In this document: in pieces, positions 8,309 through 17,605 of the stretch | Layout: the number at the start of each line of letters is the position of its first letter | How positions within the stretch are numbered: position 1 is the first letter of the stretch | Source: a virus | Taxonomy: Duplodnaviria; Caudoviricetes | IMG/VR virus record: IMGVR_UViG_3300017722_001395 | Coordinates: 1-31,619 of that record | Direction: 5' to 3' (one strand) | DNA: 31,619 bases | Position numbers and translations under genes: made by a program | Notes under the pieces: generated by a model | The model's input: the letters and a program-made list of their open reading frames with translations, nothing else | The model's database searches: none | Told to the model about the DNA's origin: nothing

Positions 8309-8506
8309 GTGTGGATTAGGTTTCTGAAAGCCGACCGCCATCGCATCCGCCCGGTCGAAGGCGGTGTCGTGTCGTCGGTCGTCGCCTATAAACCCGGCAC
8401 GGTCGCCAACGTCCCCCGCGAATACGGCGAACGGCTGGTCGCTGAAGGCAAGGCCGCGACGACCGTAAGCCCGAGAAAGGCGACCGATGTCCCGACTCCG
8501 GCTTAG
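8309..8506 (+). CDS. Small virion-type neck-region protein
   Basis: AAGGAG RBS; MWIRFLK...AYKPGTVANVPREYGERLVAEGKA; sits before the head-closure gene. Confidence 0.75.
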   Translation: MWIRFLKADRHRIRPVEGGVVSSVVAYKPGTVANVPREYGERLVAEGKAATTVSPRKATDVPTPA

Positions 8507-8906
8507 GTCCGCCGCGACCGTCCAGCGCGCCAGCCCTAACCCGGCTGGCGACGGCGCCGGGAACTTTCAGGATGGCTGGGACGACTTCGTCGGCCCGCTG
8601 GCCTGTCAGATCGACCCGCGGCCTTCAGGCGGGGAGAATATGCGCGAGGGCCAGATCGCCAGCGCCCAGGGCTTTATGATCGACTTCCGCGCGACCGTGA
8701 AAACGCGGGCCATCGACGTTCGGGACCGGATTCAGGAAATCGGCGGTCAGGGCCGGTTGTTCGGCGTTCTGGCGAACCTGTTCCAGCCGGGTCAGTCGAC
8801 CGTTCGGCTGGTTTGCGAACAAACGCCGGTCAAATCGCCCCAGCCCGCGAACTGGGTCGAGGGCGGCGAGACGGAAAGCCCGCCGACGTTCCCCGTCGGG
8901 CCGTAA
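8487..8906 (+). CDS. Head-closure / head-tail adaptor (SPP1 gp16-like)
   Basis: VQR----DGAGN---W-D, GGE----QI, I--RDRI, LVCE pattern; canonical position. Confidence 0.75.
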   Translation: MSRLRLRSAATVQRASPNPAGDGAGNFQDGWDDFVGPLACQIDPRPSGGENMREGQIASAQGFMIDFRATVKTRAIDVRDRIQEIGGQGRLFGVLANLFQPGQSTVRLVCEQTPVKSPQPANWVEGGETESPPTFPVGP

Positions 8907-8907
8907 A

Positions 8908-9324
8908 ATGGCCGTGTCGTGGCGCATCACCGACGCGGAAAGCCGCCCCCAGCGGCGGGCGAAGAACTTCGTCGCGCGGATGGCGGCAATCCCGACGAAG
9001 GTCAAACGCCGCCTGAACGCCGCGAACGAACAGTCGGCGGAAGAACTGGCGGCGATGATTACCCGCCTGGCGCCGCGGGACGAAGGCGACTTGATCGCCT
9101 CGATTCGTTATTTCGAAGTCGCGGGCGTTCAGGGCGGCGGCATCGCTTGGCGCGTGACGGCTGGCGATAACGACGCATTCTATGCGCGGCTGGTGGAATT
9201 CGGGAACGGCACGGCCCGCGCCCGCCCGTTTTTCTACCCGTCTGTTCGCGCGCTTCGCCGGTCCATTCGGAACCGCCAGATTCGCGCCTTCCGTCAGGCG
9301 ATGAAGGATTCCGACCCCGGCTAA
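8908..9324 (+). CDS. HK97 gp10-family tail component
   Basis: LAPRDEGDLIASI, AFYARLVEFG, ARPFFYPS. Confidence 0.88.
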   Translation: MAVSWRITDAESRPQRRAKNFVARMAAIPTKVKRRLNAANEQSAEELAAMITRLAPRDEGDLIASIRYFEVAGVQGGGIAWRVTAGDNDAFYARLVEFGNGTARARPFFYPSVRALRRSIRNRQIRAFRQAMKDSDPG

Positions 9325-9328
9325 AAAA

Positions 9329-9364
9329 ACTGTATGACATCCCGCAAAACCTATGTCATACAGT
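9329..9364. promoter_or_regulatory. Perfect 12-bp inverted repeat (double operator-like site) covering a putative promoter
   Basis: ACTGTATGACAT (9329-9340), 12 nt, ATGTCATACAGT (9353-9364); contains ATGACA-N17-CATACA. Confidence 0.7.
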
Positions 9365-9409
9365 CTGGGCGGGCGCGGAACCCCGCGGAACATTTCAAAG
9401 GCTGAACCG

Positions 9410-9586
9410 ATGCAAACCCTGACCCAGCGCCAACGCCTCGCGCTTGAATATGTCGGGAGCGTTTATCGCTTTCCGCCGAAGGCCAGGCTCGCGTCCTGGC
9501 ACGACCTGTTGAAAGCGGGACTCATTCAAGGCCCGCGCTTCGCTTGCAGCCTGACCCCTGCCGGTCGCGCCGCTATCGCGAACTAA
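9410..9586 (+). CDS. Small hypothetical protein (58 aa), moron gene 1
   Basis: AAAGGCTGAACCG-ATG leader; ends L-KAGLI----SLTPAGRAA, reminiscent of a winged-helix wing. Confidence 0.65.
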   Translation: MQTLTQRQRLALEYVGSVYRFPPKARLASWHDLLKAGLIQGPRFACSLTPAGRAAIAN

Positions 9587-9639
9587 CCGGCTGGGGCTTC
9601 GGCCCCGCCTTCCCCTTCCCCTTTTGAGAGGCTGAAACC

Positions 9640-9864
9640 ATGACCACGACATATCGCACCGACTGGCACGACCCGACCGACCCGCACCGGAACACGGTCG
9701 CCGTCTCCCATCACGGCGCTGACCTGAAGGCGGCCCGCGCCACGGCCCGCAAAATGAGCCGCGCGACGGGGTCGGCCTACGTCATAAAGACCGTTGACGG
9801 TCAGGACGTCGCCCATCTCCCCCATACGGACGGCGCCGCTTGTCCGCACGGCTGGGACGCCTAA
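9640..9864 (+). CDS. Small hypothetical protein (74 aa), moron gene 2
   Basis: AGAGGCTGAAACC-ATG leader; genome-typical codon use; followed by a terminator. Confidence 0.7.
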   Translation: MTTTYRTDWHDPTDPHRNTVAVSHHGADLKAARATARKMSRATGSAYVIKTVDGQDVAHLPHTDGAACPHGWDA

Positions 9865-9893
9865 GCCCCAGACGACACGCCCAGACCGCCTAG

Positions 9894-9922
9894 AAGCCCC
9901 GAGGTTCACGCCTCGGGGTTTT
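9894..9922 (+). terminator. Rho-independent terminator closing the moron
   Basis: AAGCCCCGAGG-TTCACG-CCTCGGGGTTTT. Confidence 0.8.
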
Positions 9923-9940
9923 CGCGTTATGTGTCCCCGC

Positions 9941-10402
9941 ATGACGCAGATCGCCGCCGACGCCGTCCAGACCGCCGCTTTTACGGCCCTTCAGGGTTCG
10001 ACCGGCCTTGCGACCGTTTTCGCGGCCTTCGGCGTGACGCGGGTCGGCGGGCTGCTTCCTGTCTTCGACCATGTCCCCAGAGGCGCGGACGGGTCGCCGA
10101 CGAAGCCTTATCCGTTCGTCGCGTTCGGGTCGGCGCAGGACGTCCCCGCCAGCCCCACGAACGAATGCGACGCCGAAGTCGAATCGTTTCTGGACGTCGA
10201 AATCTGGGACGACGCCAGTTCACGCGGGCGGACGGGAACGAAGCGCCTCGCCGCCGCGGTGGTCGTCGCCCTGGCCCGCATCCTGACCCTGACCGGATTC
10301 ACGATGACGGTTGCGGGAGTCGAGGCCGTAAGGCATTTTGAGGAAGCTAACGGCGTCGCCCGTTCCGTGGTAACGCTGCGTTATCTTATGGACCCGGACT
10401 GA
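9941..10402 (+). CDS. Tail terminator (DUF3168 / SPP1 gp17-like)
   Basis: VQTA---AL, VFDHVP, YPFVAFG, LDVEIWD, G----KRLAAAV--AL; directly before the tail tube gene. Confidence 0.85.
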   Translation: MTQIAADAVQTAAFTALQGSTGLATVFAAFGVTRVGGLLPVFDHVPRGADGSPTKPYPFVAFGSAQDVPASPTNECDAEVESFLDVEIWDDASSRGRTGTKRLAAAVVVALARILTLTGFTMTVAGVEAVRHFEEANGVARSVVTLRYLMDPD

Positions 10403-10426
10403 CCCGGATTAGGAGAACTTACGACA

Positions 10427-10867
10427 ATGGCGACTGAACCGAACTTTTCGGGGCGTCGGCTTCTGATTCGGGTGGGCAACGGCGCATCCCCGGAAGTCTT
10501 CTCGCTCTTCTGCACCTTCAACGGCGACCGGGCGATTCAGTTCGACGCGGCTTCGACCGACGAAATGGACATCGACTGCGACAACCCGACCGCCGTCGCG
10601 TTCACCGTGACCCAGGTCGACAGTCTGTCCGCCACGGTTTCGGGAAGCGGTCGCGTGAAGGCCGTCGACGTTCCCGACTTTTTCGACTGGTTCACCTCGG
10701 GCGTCGCGCGGAACGCTCAAGTCGAAATCGACGCGGTCGGCGGCGTCATGTTTGAGGGCGCGCTTCTGCTTCTGTCCTGGAACGTCAACGGCGGCGAAAC
10801 CGGGTCGGCGACGGCTGACCTGACGATGAAGTTTACCGGCCCGGTCACGATGGACGAAACGCCGTAA
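10427..10867 (+). CDS. Major tail tube protein (GTA gp9 / TP901-1-like)
   Basis: AGGAG RBS; LLIRVGNGASPEVF---C, DCDNP, S-TVSGSG, F-G---L, TGPVT. Confidence 0.9.
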   Translation: MATEPNFSGRRLLIRVGNGASPEVFSLFCTFNGDRAIQFDAASTDEMDIDCDNPTAVAFTVTQVDSLSATVSGSGRVKAVDVPDFFDWFTSGVARNAQVEIDAVGGVMFEGALLLLSWNVNGGETGSATADLTMKFTGPVTMDETP

Positions 10868-10868
10868 C

Positions 10869-11420
10869 ATGGTCGAGAACTTCGAAGCATTGTTCGAAGC
10901 GGAGGCGCTGGGGGAAACCCCGGCGCCTTTTGACCTTTCGACGATGAGCGTCGGCGCGGCCCTGATGGCGCTGCAAATCGCGATGGCGCGCGAAGGCGGG
11001 ACGCGGTCGCAAACGATTACCGAACTGCCCATCGGCCCCGACCTTTACACGGTGAAATTCGGCGTCGGTGAAGCGGAATTCATTCAAGAGCGGCACGACA
11101 TGGGGCCGCAATACGCCCTGAACGTCATCGGCGCCGGGCGCTGGACGGTTAAGCTTTTGGTCGACGTCGTCTATATCGGCCTGGTCGGTGGCGGCGCGAA
11201 GCCGGAAACCGCCCGTCGCGTTGCCGACCGCTGGGTCGCGAAACGCCCTTGGGGCGAGTCGGCGCCGCTGGCCCAGATCATCCTTCAGGCTGGCGTTATA
11301 GGCGTCCCCGACGAACCGCCGGGAAAGTCGGACGGGGAAGCGGAGACGGACCCGACGACCTTCCCCGAGGAAAAATCCGTTTCGCCCCTATCTTCGGACA
11401 CCCCGCTTTCGCCGGAATAA
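10869..11420 (+). CDS. Tail assembly chaperone G (GTA gp10-like)
   Basis: VVYIGLVGGG---ETA---DRWV--RP, LAQIIL-A---GVPDEPPGK; between tail tube and tape measure. Confidence 0.82.
   Translation: MVENFEALFEAEALGETPAPFDLSTMSVGAALMALQIAMAREGGTRSQTITELPIGPDLYTVKFGVGEAEFIQERHDMGPQYALNVIGAGRWTVKLLVDVVYIGLVGGGAKPETARRVADRWVAKRPWGESAPLAQIILQAGVIGVPDEPPGKSDGEAETDPTTFPEEKSVSPLSSDTPLSPE
11321..11327 (+). other. -1 programmed frameshift slippery site G GGA AAG
   Basis: In-frame X XXY YYZ heptamer identical to the lambda G/T site; the -1 frame is open to 11578. Confidence 0.88.
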
Positions 11421-11578
11421 CCGTCGCCGAAATCCGTGCTATGTCGTGGTGGGAAGTGAACGCGCGCGTCGAGGGCTGGACCCAGGCGAACGTCGCTCAA
11501 AAGACGGAAGCGCCATCGGTCGAAGAATTCGAAGCGGCCCTGGCGCGGGAAGAAGAGCGGCAAGCCCGCAAAGGATAA
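11327..11578 (+). CDS. Tail assembly chaperone T extension (frameshift product G-T)
   Basis: -1 frame encodes GITVAEIRAMSWWE-NA--EGW...APS-EEFEA, typical of the chaperone T segment. Confidence 0.82.
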   Translation, partial: VGRGSGDGPDDLPRGKIRFAPIFGHPAFAGITVAEIRAMSWWEVNARVEGWTQANVAQKTEAPSVEEFEAALAREEERQARKG

Positions 11579-11584
11579 CGGGTC

Positions 11585-14053
11585 ATGGCGAAGGACGTCG
11601 AACGTCTGGTTCTGGAACTATCCGCCGACGTTTCGCGCCTAGAGCGCGGAATGAGGCAAGGCCAGCGCATCGCCGAAAACCGGACGCGGGCGATTGAAAA
11701 GTCGTTCGACCAGATGAACCGCCGCACGACGGCGAGCGTTAACGACATGGGCGCCAACATTCGGAACGCCATCGCTGGAATCGCGGTCGGGGCGGCGGTT
11801 CGGGAGGTCCAGCAATACGCCGACGCATGGACTCGGATGGGGAACCCGCTTCGCGCGGCTGGCGCCGACCAGGCGACCGTCAACGCGAAGATGGAAGAAA
11901 TGGTCGGGATTTCGCTTCGGTCGCGGTCCAGCCTTGAAGGCACGGTCACCCTGTATAATCGCCTCATCGCGTCGTCGGGCGAACTGGGCGTTTCACAAGA
12001 GCGGGTCGCGCGGGTCGTCGAGACGGTAAACAAGGCGCTCGCAACCTCGAACCTGTCGACCGGTGAAAGGACGTCCGCCATCACTCAACTTGCCCAGGGC
12101 CTCGGGTCTGGGACACTGGCGGGCGACGAATTGAAGGCCATCCGGGAAAACAGTATCGTTCTGGCCCAGGCTATCGCGAACGAATTCGACACGACCATCG
12201 GCGGGCTGAAGAAGCTAGGTGAGGAAGGCGTTCTAACGTCGGCGCGGGTTTTCGCGGCCATTGAGAACGCCCAAGCGGGGACCGACGCCGCCTTCGCGCG
12301 CACGACGGCGACGGTTTCGGACTCGTTCACCAACCTTCAGACACGCGCGACCCAGTTTATCGGTCAGCTAGACCAGGCGACCGGCGCGTCGGCGAAGTTT
12401 GCCGAAACCGTGAATTTCGTCGCGAACAATCTGGACGCCTTCGGCGACGCGGCGGTGGTGGCGGCGACGGTGGTCGGCGGGGTTCTGGCGGGCCGGGCGG
12501 TGGCGGCGGCTATTCTTTCCTTCGCCGGGCTTCAGGCTTCAATCGCGGTAACGAATGCCCAGCTAGTCGCGTTCGAAATCACGTCGGGGCTGGCGACGGG
12601 GTCGCTGGGGCGCCTGACCATCGGCGCGACCGCGGCGGCGGGGGCTTCGCGGGCGCTAGGCGGCGCGCTGGCCCTTGTCGGCGGCCCGGTCGGAATCGCC
12701 GTGGCGGCGGTGGCGACGGCCTTCGTCGGCCTGGCGCTCGAAGTGAACGCCGCGAAGGCGGCGACGGAGCGTTATAACGACATCCTTCAGGAAAACGCCG
12801 AAGTTCTGGCGGAAGCGGCGGCCCTTAGCGGCACGGTCGGCGACCAGAGCGCGGGCGCGGTCAGCGGCATCAACGCGATGTGCGACGCGACCGGGCGACT
12901 TTCGGATGAAACGTGGGAACTTGTCGACGCCCAAAAAGAGGCCATCCGAACCCGACTCGCGAACGCTATCGACGCCATTCGCGAAGAGCGTCGGACCATC
13001 GGCGGGAATAGCCTTCGCCGGGGACTTGCGGAAACCTTGGGGCGCGTCGGTATCGGCGCGGGCGATGCGGAGACGCAAGCCCGCTTGGAGCGCCTCGCAA
13101 ACGATCAAGCGGCCCTTATGTCGCGATATATCGACCTAACCATCGTTCAGAACAACGAACGGCGCCGAACAGGAAACCGCGGCGGCGGGGGCGGCGGGGG
13201 AGGCGGTGCCGCTGGTCGGGGAAGCGCGGCCAGCGTTTCTGAAGAGGCGCGCGAAGTCGAACGCCTTCGCGGCGAAGTCGACCGGCTGGCGTATGAGATT
13301 CTAAGCGACACCGAAAAGGCCGCCGTCGACTTGGCCAAGGTCCGCGACACGCTTCGGGCGGCGGTGGAAATCGGGCGGCTAACCCCGGCGCAAGCGGCGG
13401 CCCTAGAGGGCGGTTTCGCAGCCCAAGGGATGACCCTAACCGGCGACGCGAGCCTGAACCCGCTGGACAATAACGCCGGGTTTCTAGCCGAACAACTGAG
13501 CGGTGGTCGGGCTGCGACGCAAAAACGATTCGACGAACAGGGCCAGGAAATGGCGCGCGGTTTCATCGAAATCCTGAGCGCGGACGACATCGGAACCGAG
13601 ATCGGGAACCGCTTCCGCGCCGCCGCCTTCGACGGTTTGGAAAAGGTTCTGGGCAATCTCTTTTCGCAACTGTTCGCCAGCCAAGGCGGCGGGGCTGGCG
13701 GCGGCAATATCTGGGCGGCGGCGGCGTCGGCCATATTCGGCGGGAACCGGGCGCTAGGCGGGCCGGTAAGGGCTGGAATGGCGTATCGGGTGAATGAGAA
13801 CACCCCGAACAGCGAAATCTTCGTTCCAAACCGCGACGGATGGGTCGGGAACATGAAGCAGCCCCGAGGCGGCGGGCGGTCGGTTCAGAACGTCACCGTC
13901 ACAAACGAACTGTATCTGGCGGGCGCAAACGGCGACGCCGTGATTTATGGGAATGTCCGCGCTATGCTGGCGGCGTCGCAGCGTCAGACCGTGGCGGCTA
14001 TCAAGGCGGGAGCGCCCGCCGCCCAACTGGAACAAACGTTGCTTAGGGAATAG
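11585..14053 (+). CDS. Tape measure protein
   Basis: 822 aa, Ala/Gly-rich; VERLV-ELSAD, AITQLAQGLGSG-L-GDELKAI-EN, RALGGPV-AG--Y-VNE---EIFVP. Confidence 0.95.
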   Translation: MAKDVERLVLELSADVSRLERGMRQGQRIAENRTRAIEKSFDQMNRRTTASVNDMGANIRNAIAGIAVGAAVREVQQYADAWTRMGNPLRAAGADQATVNAKMEEMVGISLRSRSSLEGTVTLYNRLIASSGELGVSQERVARVVETVNKALATSNLSTGERTSAITQLAQGLGSGTLAGDELKAIRENSIVLAQAIANEFDTTIGGLKKLGEEGVLTSARVFAAIENAQAGTDAAFARTTATVSDSFTNLQTRATQFIGQLDQATGASAKFAETVNFVANNLDAFGDAAVVAATVVGGVLAGRAVAAAILSFAGLQASIAVTNAQLVAFEITSGLATGSLGRLTIGATAAAGASRALGGALALVGGPVGIAVAAVATAFVGLALEVNAAKAATERYNDILQENAEVLAEAAALSGTVGDQSAGAVSGINAMCDATGRLSDETWELVDAQKEAIRTRLANAIDAIREERRTIGGNSLRRGLAETLGRVGIGAGDAETQARLERLANDQAALMSRYIDLTIVQNNERRRTGNRGGGGGGGGGAAGRGSAASVSEEAREVERLRGEVDRLAYEILSDTEKAAVDLAKVRDTLRAAVEIGRLTPAQAAALEGGFAAQGMTLTGDASLNPLDNNAGFLAEQLSGGRAATQKRFDEQGQEMARGFIEILSADDIGTEIGNRFRAAAFDGLEKVLGNLFSQLFASQGGGAGGGNIWAAAASAIFGGNRALGGPVRAGMAYRVNENTPNSEIFVPNRDGWVGNMKQPRGGGRSVQNVTVTNELYLAGANGDAVIYGNVRAMLAASQRQTVAAIKAGAPAAQLEQTLLRE

Positions 14054-14062
14054 GCCGAACGG

Positions 14063-14755
14063 ATGCTGACTTTCCCTTATTCAATCCTGAAGATGAAGTC
14101 GTTCCGGCTCGACCTTGTCGGGCAGGTCATCAGCGGCGGCATCACGGCGGCGGGGCAACAGCAACGGGTCAACGCGACGGGCGGCGGCCTCTGGGCGCTT
14201 CAGGCTGACTTTCCCCGGTTTAACACCGCCGATCAACTTCGCGCGTGGCGCGTCGTTCAATACGGTTCGCAAGGCGGCGTTGAGCCGGTCAATATCGCAA
14301 TTTGCGACTTGCGACAGGCCCCGAGGCCGTCCGGCTGGATTCCGACTGGGTCGGGCGTTCCGCATAGTGACGACTCGCCGTTCAGCGACGGAAGCCTTTA
14401 TTCATCGCAGAGCATTGTTTCGACGCTGGCCGCCTCCGCATTAGTTCGCGCGACGACAGTCCGGGTGACGTTCGACGGCGATAGCGTCCCGCTGGGCGGC
14501 GAGTTCTTTTCGCTTGGCTATGGGGACGAAATGAACGAACTGCACGTCACGACGGGCGCGACGCTTGTCAACGGCAACACCTATGACCTGACGTTCCTTC
14601 CCCCGCTTCGCGCGGCGCATGAAGCGGGGGAGACAATCACCTGGGACCATCCGACCGGGACGTTCGTTCTGGCCCAGGCCGACTCTATGAGCATGGCGAC
14701 CGATTACGGGCGATTCGGTCAAGGTCAGTGTGGGTTTGTGGAATACATCGGATGA
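14063..14755 (+). CDS. Distal tail / tail-tip protein
   Basis: Follows the tape measure gene; GGGLW, HSDDSPFSDGSLY, G-FFS, F-PPLR-A, F-E motifs typical of alphaproteobacterial siphovirus tail tips. Confidence 0.7.
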   Translation: MLTFPYSILKMKSFRLDLVGQVISGGITAAGQQQRVNATGGGLWALQADFPRFNTADQLRAWRVVQYGSQGGVEPVNIAICDLRQAPRPSGWIPTGSGVPHSDDSPFSDGSLYSSQSIVSTLAASALVRATTVRVTFDGDSVPLGGEFFSLGYGDEMNELHVTTGATLVNGNTYDLTFLPPLRAAHEAGETITWDHPTGTFVLAQADSMSMATDYGRFGQGQCGFVEYIG

Positions 14756-15345
14756 ACCTGGACCCGCTGATTCAGGCCCAGATTGACGGCCATTTGATTC
14801 GCCGGTCGCTGCTTATGTATCTGGCGACCGACCCGCCCGTTCGCGCATGGACCGGCGTCGGGCCGTTTGAACATCCCGGCGACACGGTCGACACTGAGGG
14901 CGGGACCTATCTGGGACTGGGCGAGATTCAGGAAATCCCGGCGCTGTCGCAGCTTGTGAACGGCGTCGCTTCGCGAATTGACCTGTCGCTTTCTGGGGTC
15001 GACGCGCGCATCGTCGCCCTGGCCGATGCCGACGCGCCGGAAATCCGGTCAAAAGTCGTCAGCCTCGGGCTTCAGTTCTTCGGGTCCGACTGGCAACCGC
15101 TGGGCGATACGCTGTGGATATGGGACGGCGAAGCGGACGTCATTCGAACGGACACGGTTTCGAACCCGGACTTCAGCCGAACGCGAACCGTCAGCCTGTC
15201 TGTCGGCTCGACCACGACCGGGCGGCGCCGTCCGCTGCTGAATCACTTCACGCGCGCCCAGCAACGGCGGCGGTCGGTCGACGACGCATTCTGTGACCGG
15301 ACCGGCCTATATAGCGCGGACACCGAACTAAAATGGCCGCCCTAG
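14752..15345 (+). CDS. Tail-tip protein
   Basis: ATGA overlap; R-WTG-G, YLGLG, NG-A-R--L-LSGV, QRRRS-DD-FC, L-WP. Confidence 0.75.
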   Translation: MNLDPLIQAQIDGHLIRRSLLMYLATDPPVRAWTGVGPFEHPGDTVDTEGGTYLGLGEIQEIPALSQLVNGVASRIDLSLSGVDARIVALADADAPEIRSKVVSLGLQFFGSDWQPLGDTLWIWDGEADVIRTDTVSNPDFSRTRTVSLSVGSTTTGRRRPLLNHFTRAQQRRRSVDDAFCDRTGLYSADTELKWPP

Positions 15346-15737
15346 TCGGGGATTTTTGCGAGGAAATCGCGAGGGCGGGCTGGGCCTGGGGCGAGCGCGA
15401 CTGTCTTTTGTGGCTGGGGACATGGGCGCAGCGGAACACCGGCATCGACGGCGGGGCGCCGTGGCGGGGGCGATACGCGACGGCCCTCGGATGCATTCGG
15501 ACGCTCAACCGATCGGGCGGAATGGAATCCTGTATTGAGCGCGGCGCGGCGCTGGCGGGGATGGTCGAGGGCGAGGGCGAGGCCAGGCCCGGCGCGGTCG
15601 GTCTGGTCGAGGCAATAACCGCGAAAGGCCCGTCGCTGGTCGGCGCCATCTTTACGGGCGAGCGGTGGGCCGTTCTAACGCCGTCTGGTGTGCTATCAAT
15701 CCGCACGAAACCCCGGCGAGCCTGGAACCTTCCCTAA
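15333..15737 (+). CDS. NlpC/P60-like tail-tip protein (DUF6950-like)
   Basis: WAWGERDC, TGID----WRGRY, ARPG-VGLV, GAI--G-RW. Confidence 0.8.
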   Translation: MAALVGDFCEEIARAGWAWGERDCLLWLGTWAQRNTGIDGGAPWRGRYATALGCIRTLNRSGGMESCIERGAALAGMVEGEGEARPGAVGLVEAITAKGPSLVGAIFTGERWAVLTPSGVLSIRTKPRRAWNLP

Positions 15738-17605
15738 TGCCTCAAGTGATCGCAGCCGCCGCCCTAACAGCCGCGAACGTCGTCGGCGGAGCGGTCTATG
15801 GCGGCCTGACCGGCCTGGGCGTCGGCGCCGCGACGGCCTCAATCATTTCTCAATACGCGGTTTCCGTAACCCTTTTGGCCGGGGCGACGCTTGCCTATGT
15901 CGGCCCGGCCCTGCTTTTCGCGCCGAAGGTTCCGACCCCGGAGTTCGGGCGGTCGGTCAAGCGCCAGCCCATCCCCGACCGAGTTTCCGGGTATGGCCGC
16001 GCCCGCATCGGCGGGGCCTATATGCTTTACGAGACAGACGGGACGAACGAAGGTTTAGCCCTGAACGTCTTCGCCATGCACGACGGCCTAATCGCGGGCT
16101 GGGGCGACATTTACCTGAACGACCAGACCGTCGTCGTCGGCCTCGACACCTATGTCGAAAGCGGCACAGACCTTCGTTATGGAAAGGAGGGCGACCTAGT
16201 CCGCATCGAAACCCGCCTGGGCGAACCGACCGAAACGAACTATTCGGCGGTCAACCTGGCCCGGCCCGACGTCTGGCCTACGGATGCGCGGGGCGATGGC
16301 ATCGCTTCGCTGATGATGATCGCGAAGGCCAAGTTCAAAGAAAATTTTACGCGCGATTATCCAAACGGGCTTCCGCTTCCGTCAGCGGTCGGTGACCTTC
16401 AGTATTGCTGGGACCCGCGCTTAGGGGCGCGCGGAACGATCACCGACGACGCCGACAAGGCGGCGAGCGCAACATGGGTCGGCGGCTCGCAGAATCCTTT
16501 TTTGCAGCTTCTCGATTATATGACCAACCCCGACACGGGGATGGGCCTTCCGCTTTCGCGGTTCCTGCCGAATATCGCCGCATGGGAAGCGGCGGCGGAC
16601 GTTTGCGACGAAGCGGTTCCCCTAGCCGCTGGCGGGACTGTTCCGCGCTATCAATCGGGCGGTTCCTATCTTCATGCAACGGCCCCGGCTGATGTGATCG
16701 CGACCATTCTCGGGACTTGCGACGGTTGGCTGGCCCAGGACGCGACCGGCTGCTTTACCGTTCAGGCTGGCGAATATGTCGCCCCGACCGTGACCATCGC
16801 CGAAGAACATATCGTCAGCCTGTCCCGGCAATTTTACCGGGAAGACGAACGCGCAACGAACGAAATTGTCGTCAGCTATACCGACCCGAACTTTGACTAT
16901 ACCGAAGTTCAGACGACGCCCTATCGCCGCGAAGCCGACATCGCGGCGCGCGGCCATGTTAGGTCGCAACCCTTGGCCCTTCCGTGGGTCCAGAATAACA
17001 GCCAAGCCCGCCGACTGGCGAAAATCGCGGCTTACAAGGCAACGGCGCCGGTTAGCGGAGTCTTGACGACAACGCTCGATGGCCTTCGCGCCTGGTCGGA
17101 ACGCCGCATTCGGATTCAGGCCCCCAGCGACGGCGACACTATGTCCGACATCGTCGTCGACCTTCTCCCGTTGACCCTGAACCCCGACAATACAGTTTCG
17201 ATTCCGTTCGTGTCGTCCGACCCAGACGCTTACGACTGGACTACGGCGGAGGAAACCGAGGGCGCGGGCGAAGACACGCGCCCGCCTGATACGGCCCCGC
17301 CGACACCGGTCATCGACGACATTCAGCCTTTCGACGTCACGGACGCCACGGCACGGCTTCGGATTTTTATCGAAGACGCGACGTCGGGCCTGACTTTTGT
17401 CGCCCGCTGGCGGGTCAGCGGCGAAACGTCATGGACAAACGACGCCCAGCAAACGACCGAACCGGCGACGCCGCACGATTTTATCGAGACGGGTCTGGTC
17501 TTCGCCGAGGTTTTGGAGGTCCAGGTCGCCCTGATTACGGCGGGCGGCTTTCAGTCGGAATGGTCGGCGACGTTCGAAGTCGACGCTTCGGTCATCGTGA
17601 CCTAG
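15737..17605 (+). CDS. Tail hub / central tail protein (gpJ-like)
   Basis: 622 aa; R-SGYGR-R-GG, WDPR, NP-L-LLDY, AADVCDE-V, WVQ--SQARRLAK; TAATG overlap. Confidence 0.85.
   Translation: MPQVIAAAALTAANVVGGAVYGGLTGLGVGAATASIISQYAVSVTLLAGATLAYVGPALLFAPKVPTPEFGRSVKRQPIPDRVSGYGRARIGGAYMLYETDGTNEGLALNVFAMHDGLIAGWGDIYLNDQTVVVGLDTYVESGTDLRYGKEGDLVRIETRLGEPTETNYSAVNLARPDVWPTDARGDGIASLMMIAKAKFKENFTRDYPNGLPLPSAVGDLQYCWDPRLGARGTITDDADKAASATWVGGSQNPFLQLLDYMTNPDTGMGLPLSRFLPNIAAWEAAADVCDEAVPLAAGGTVPRYQSGGSYLHATAPADVIATILGTCDGWLAQDATGCFTVQAGEYVAPTVTIAEEHIVSLSRQFYREDERATNEIVVSYTDPNFDYTEVQTTPYRREADIAARGHVRSQPLALPWVQNNSQARRLAKIAAYKATAPVSGVLTTTLDGLRAWSERRIRIQAPSDGDTMSDIVVDLLPLTLNPDNTVSIPFVSSDPDAYDWTTAEETEGAGEDTRPPDTAPPTPVIDDIQPFDVTDATARLRIFIEDATSGLTFVARWRVSGETSWTNDAQQTTEPATPHDFIETGLVFAEVLEVQVALITAGGFQSEWSATFEVDASVIVT

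Noticed and set aside
13178-13212. G-rich tract in the tape measure gene as a phase-variable site
   Set aside because: Mixed GGC/GGG/GGA codons encoding a poly-Gly linker, common in tape measure proteins.
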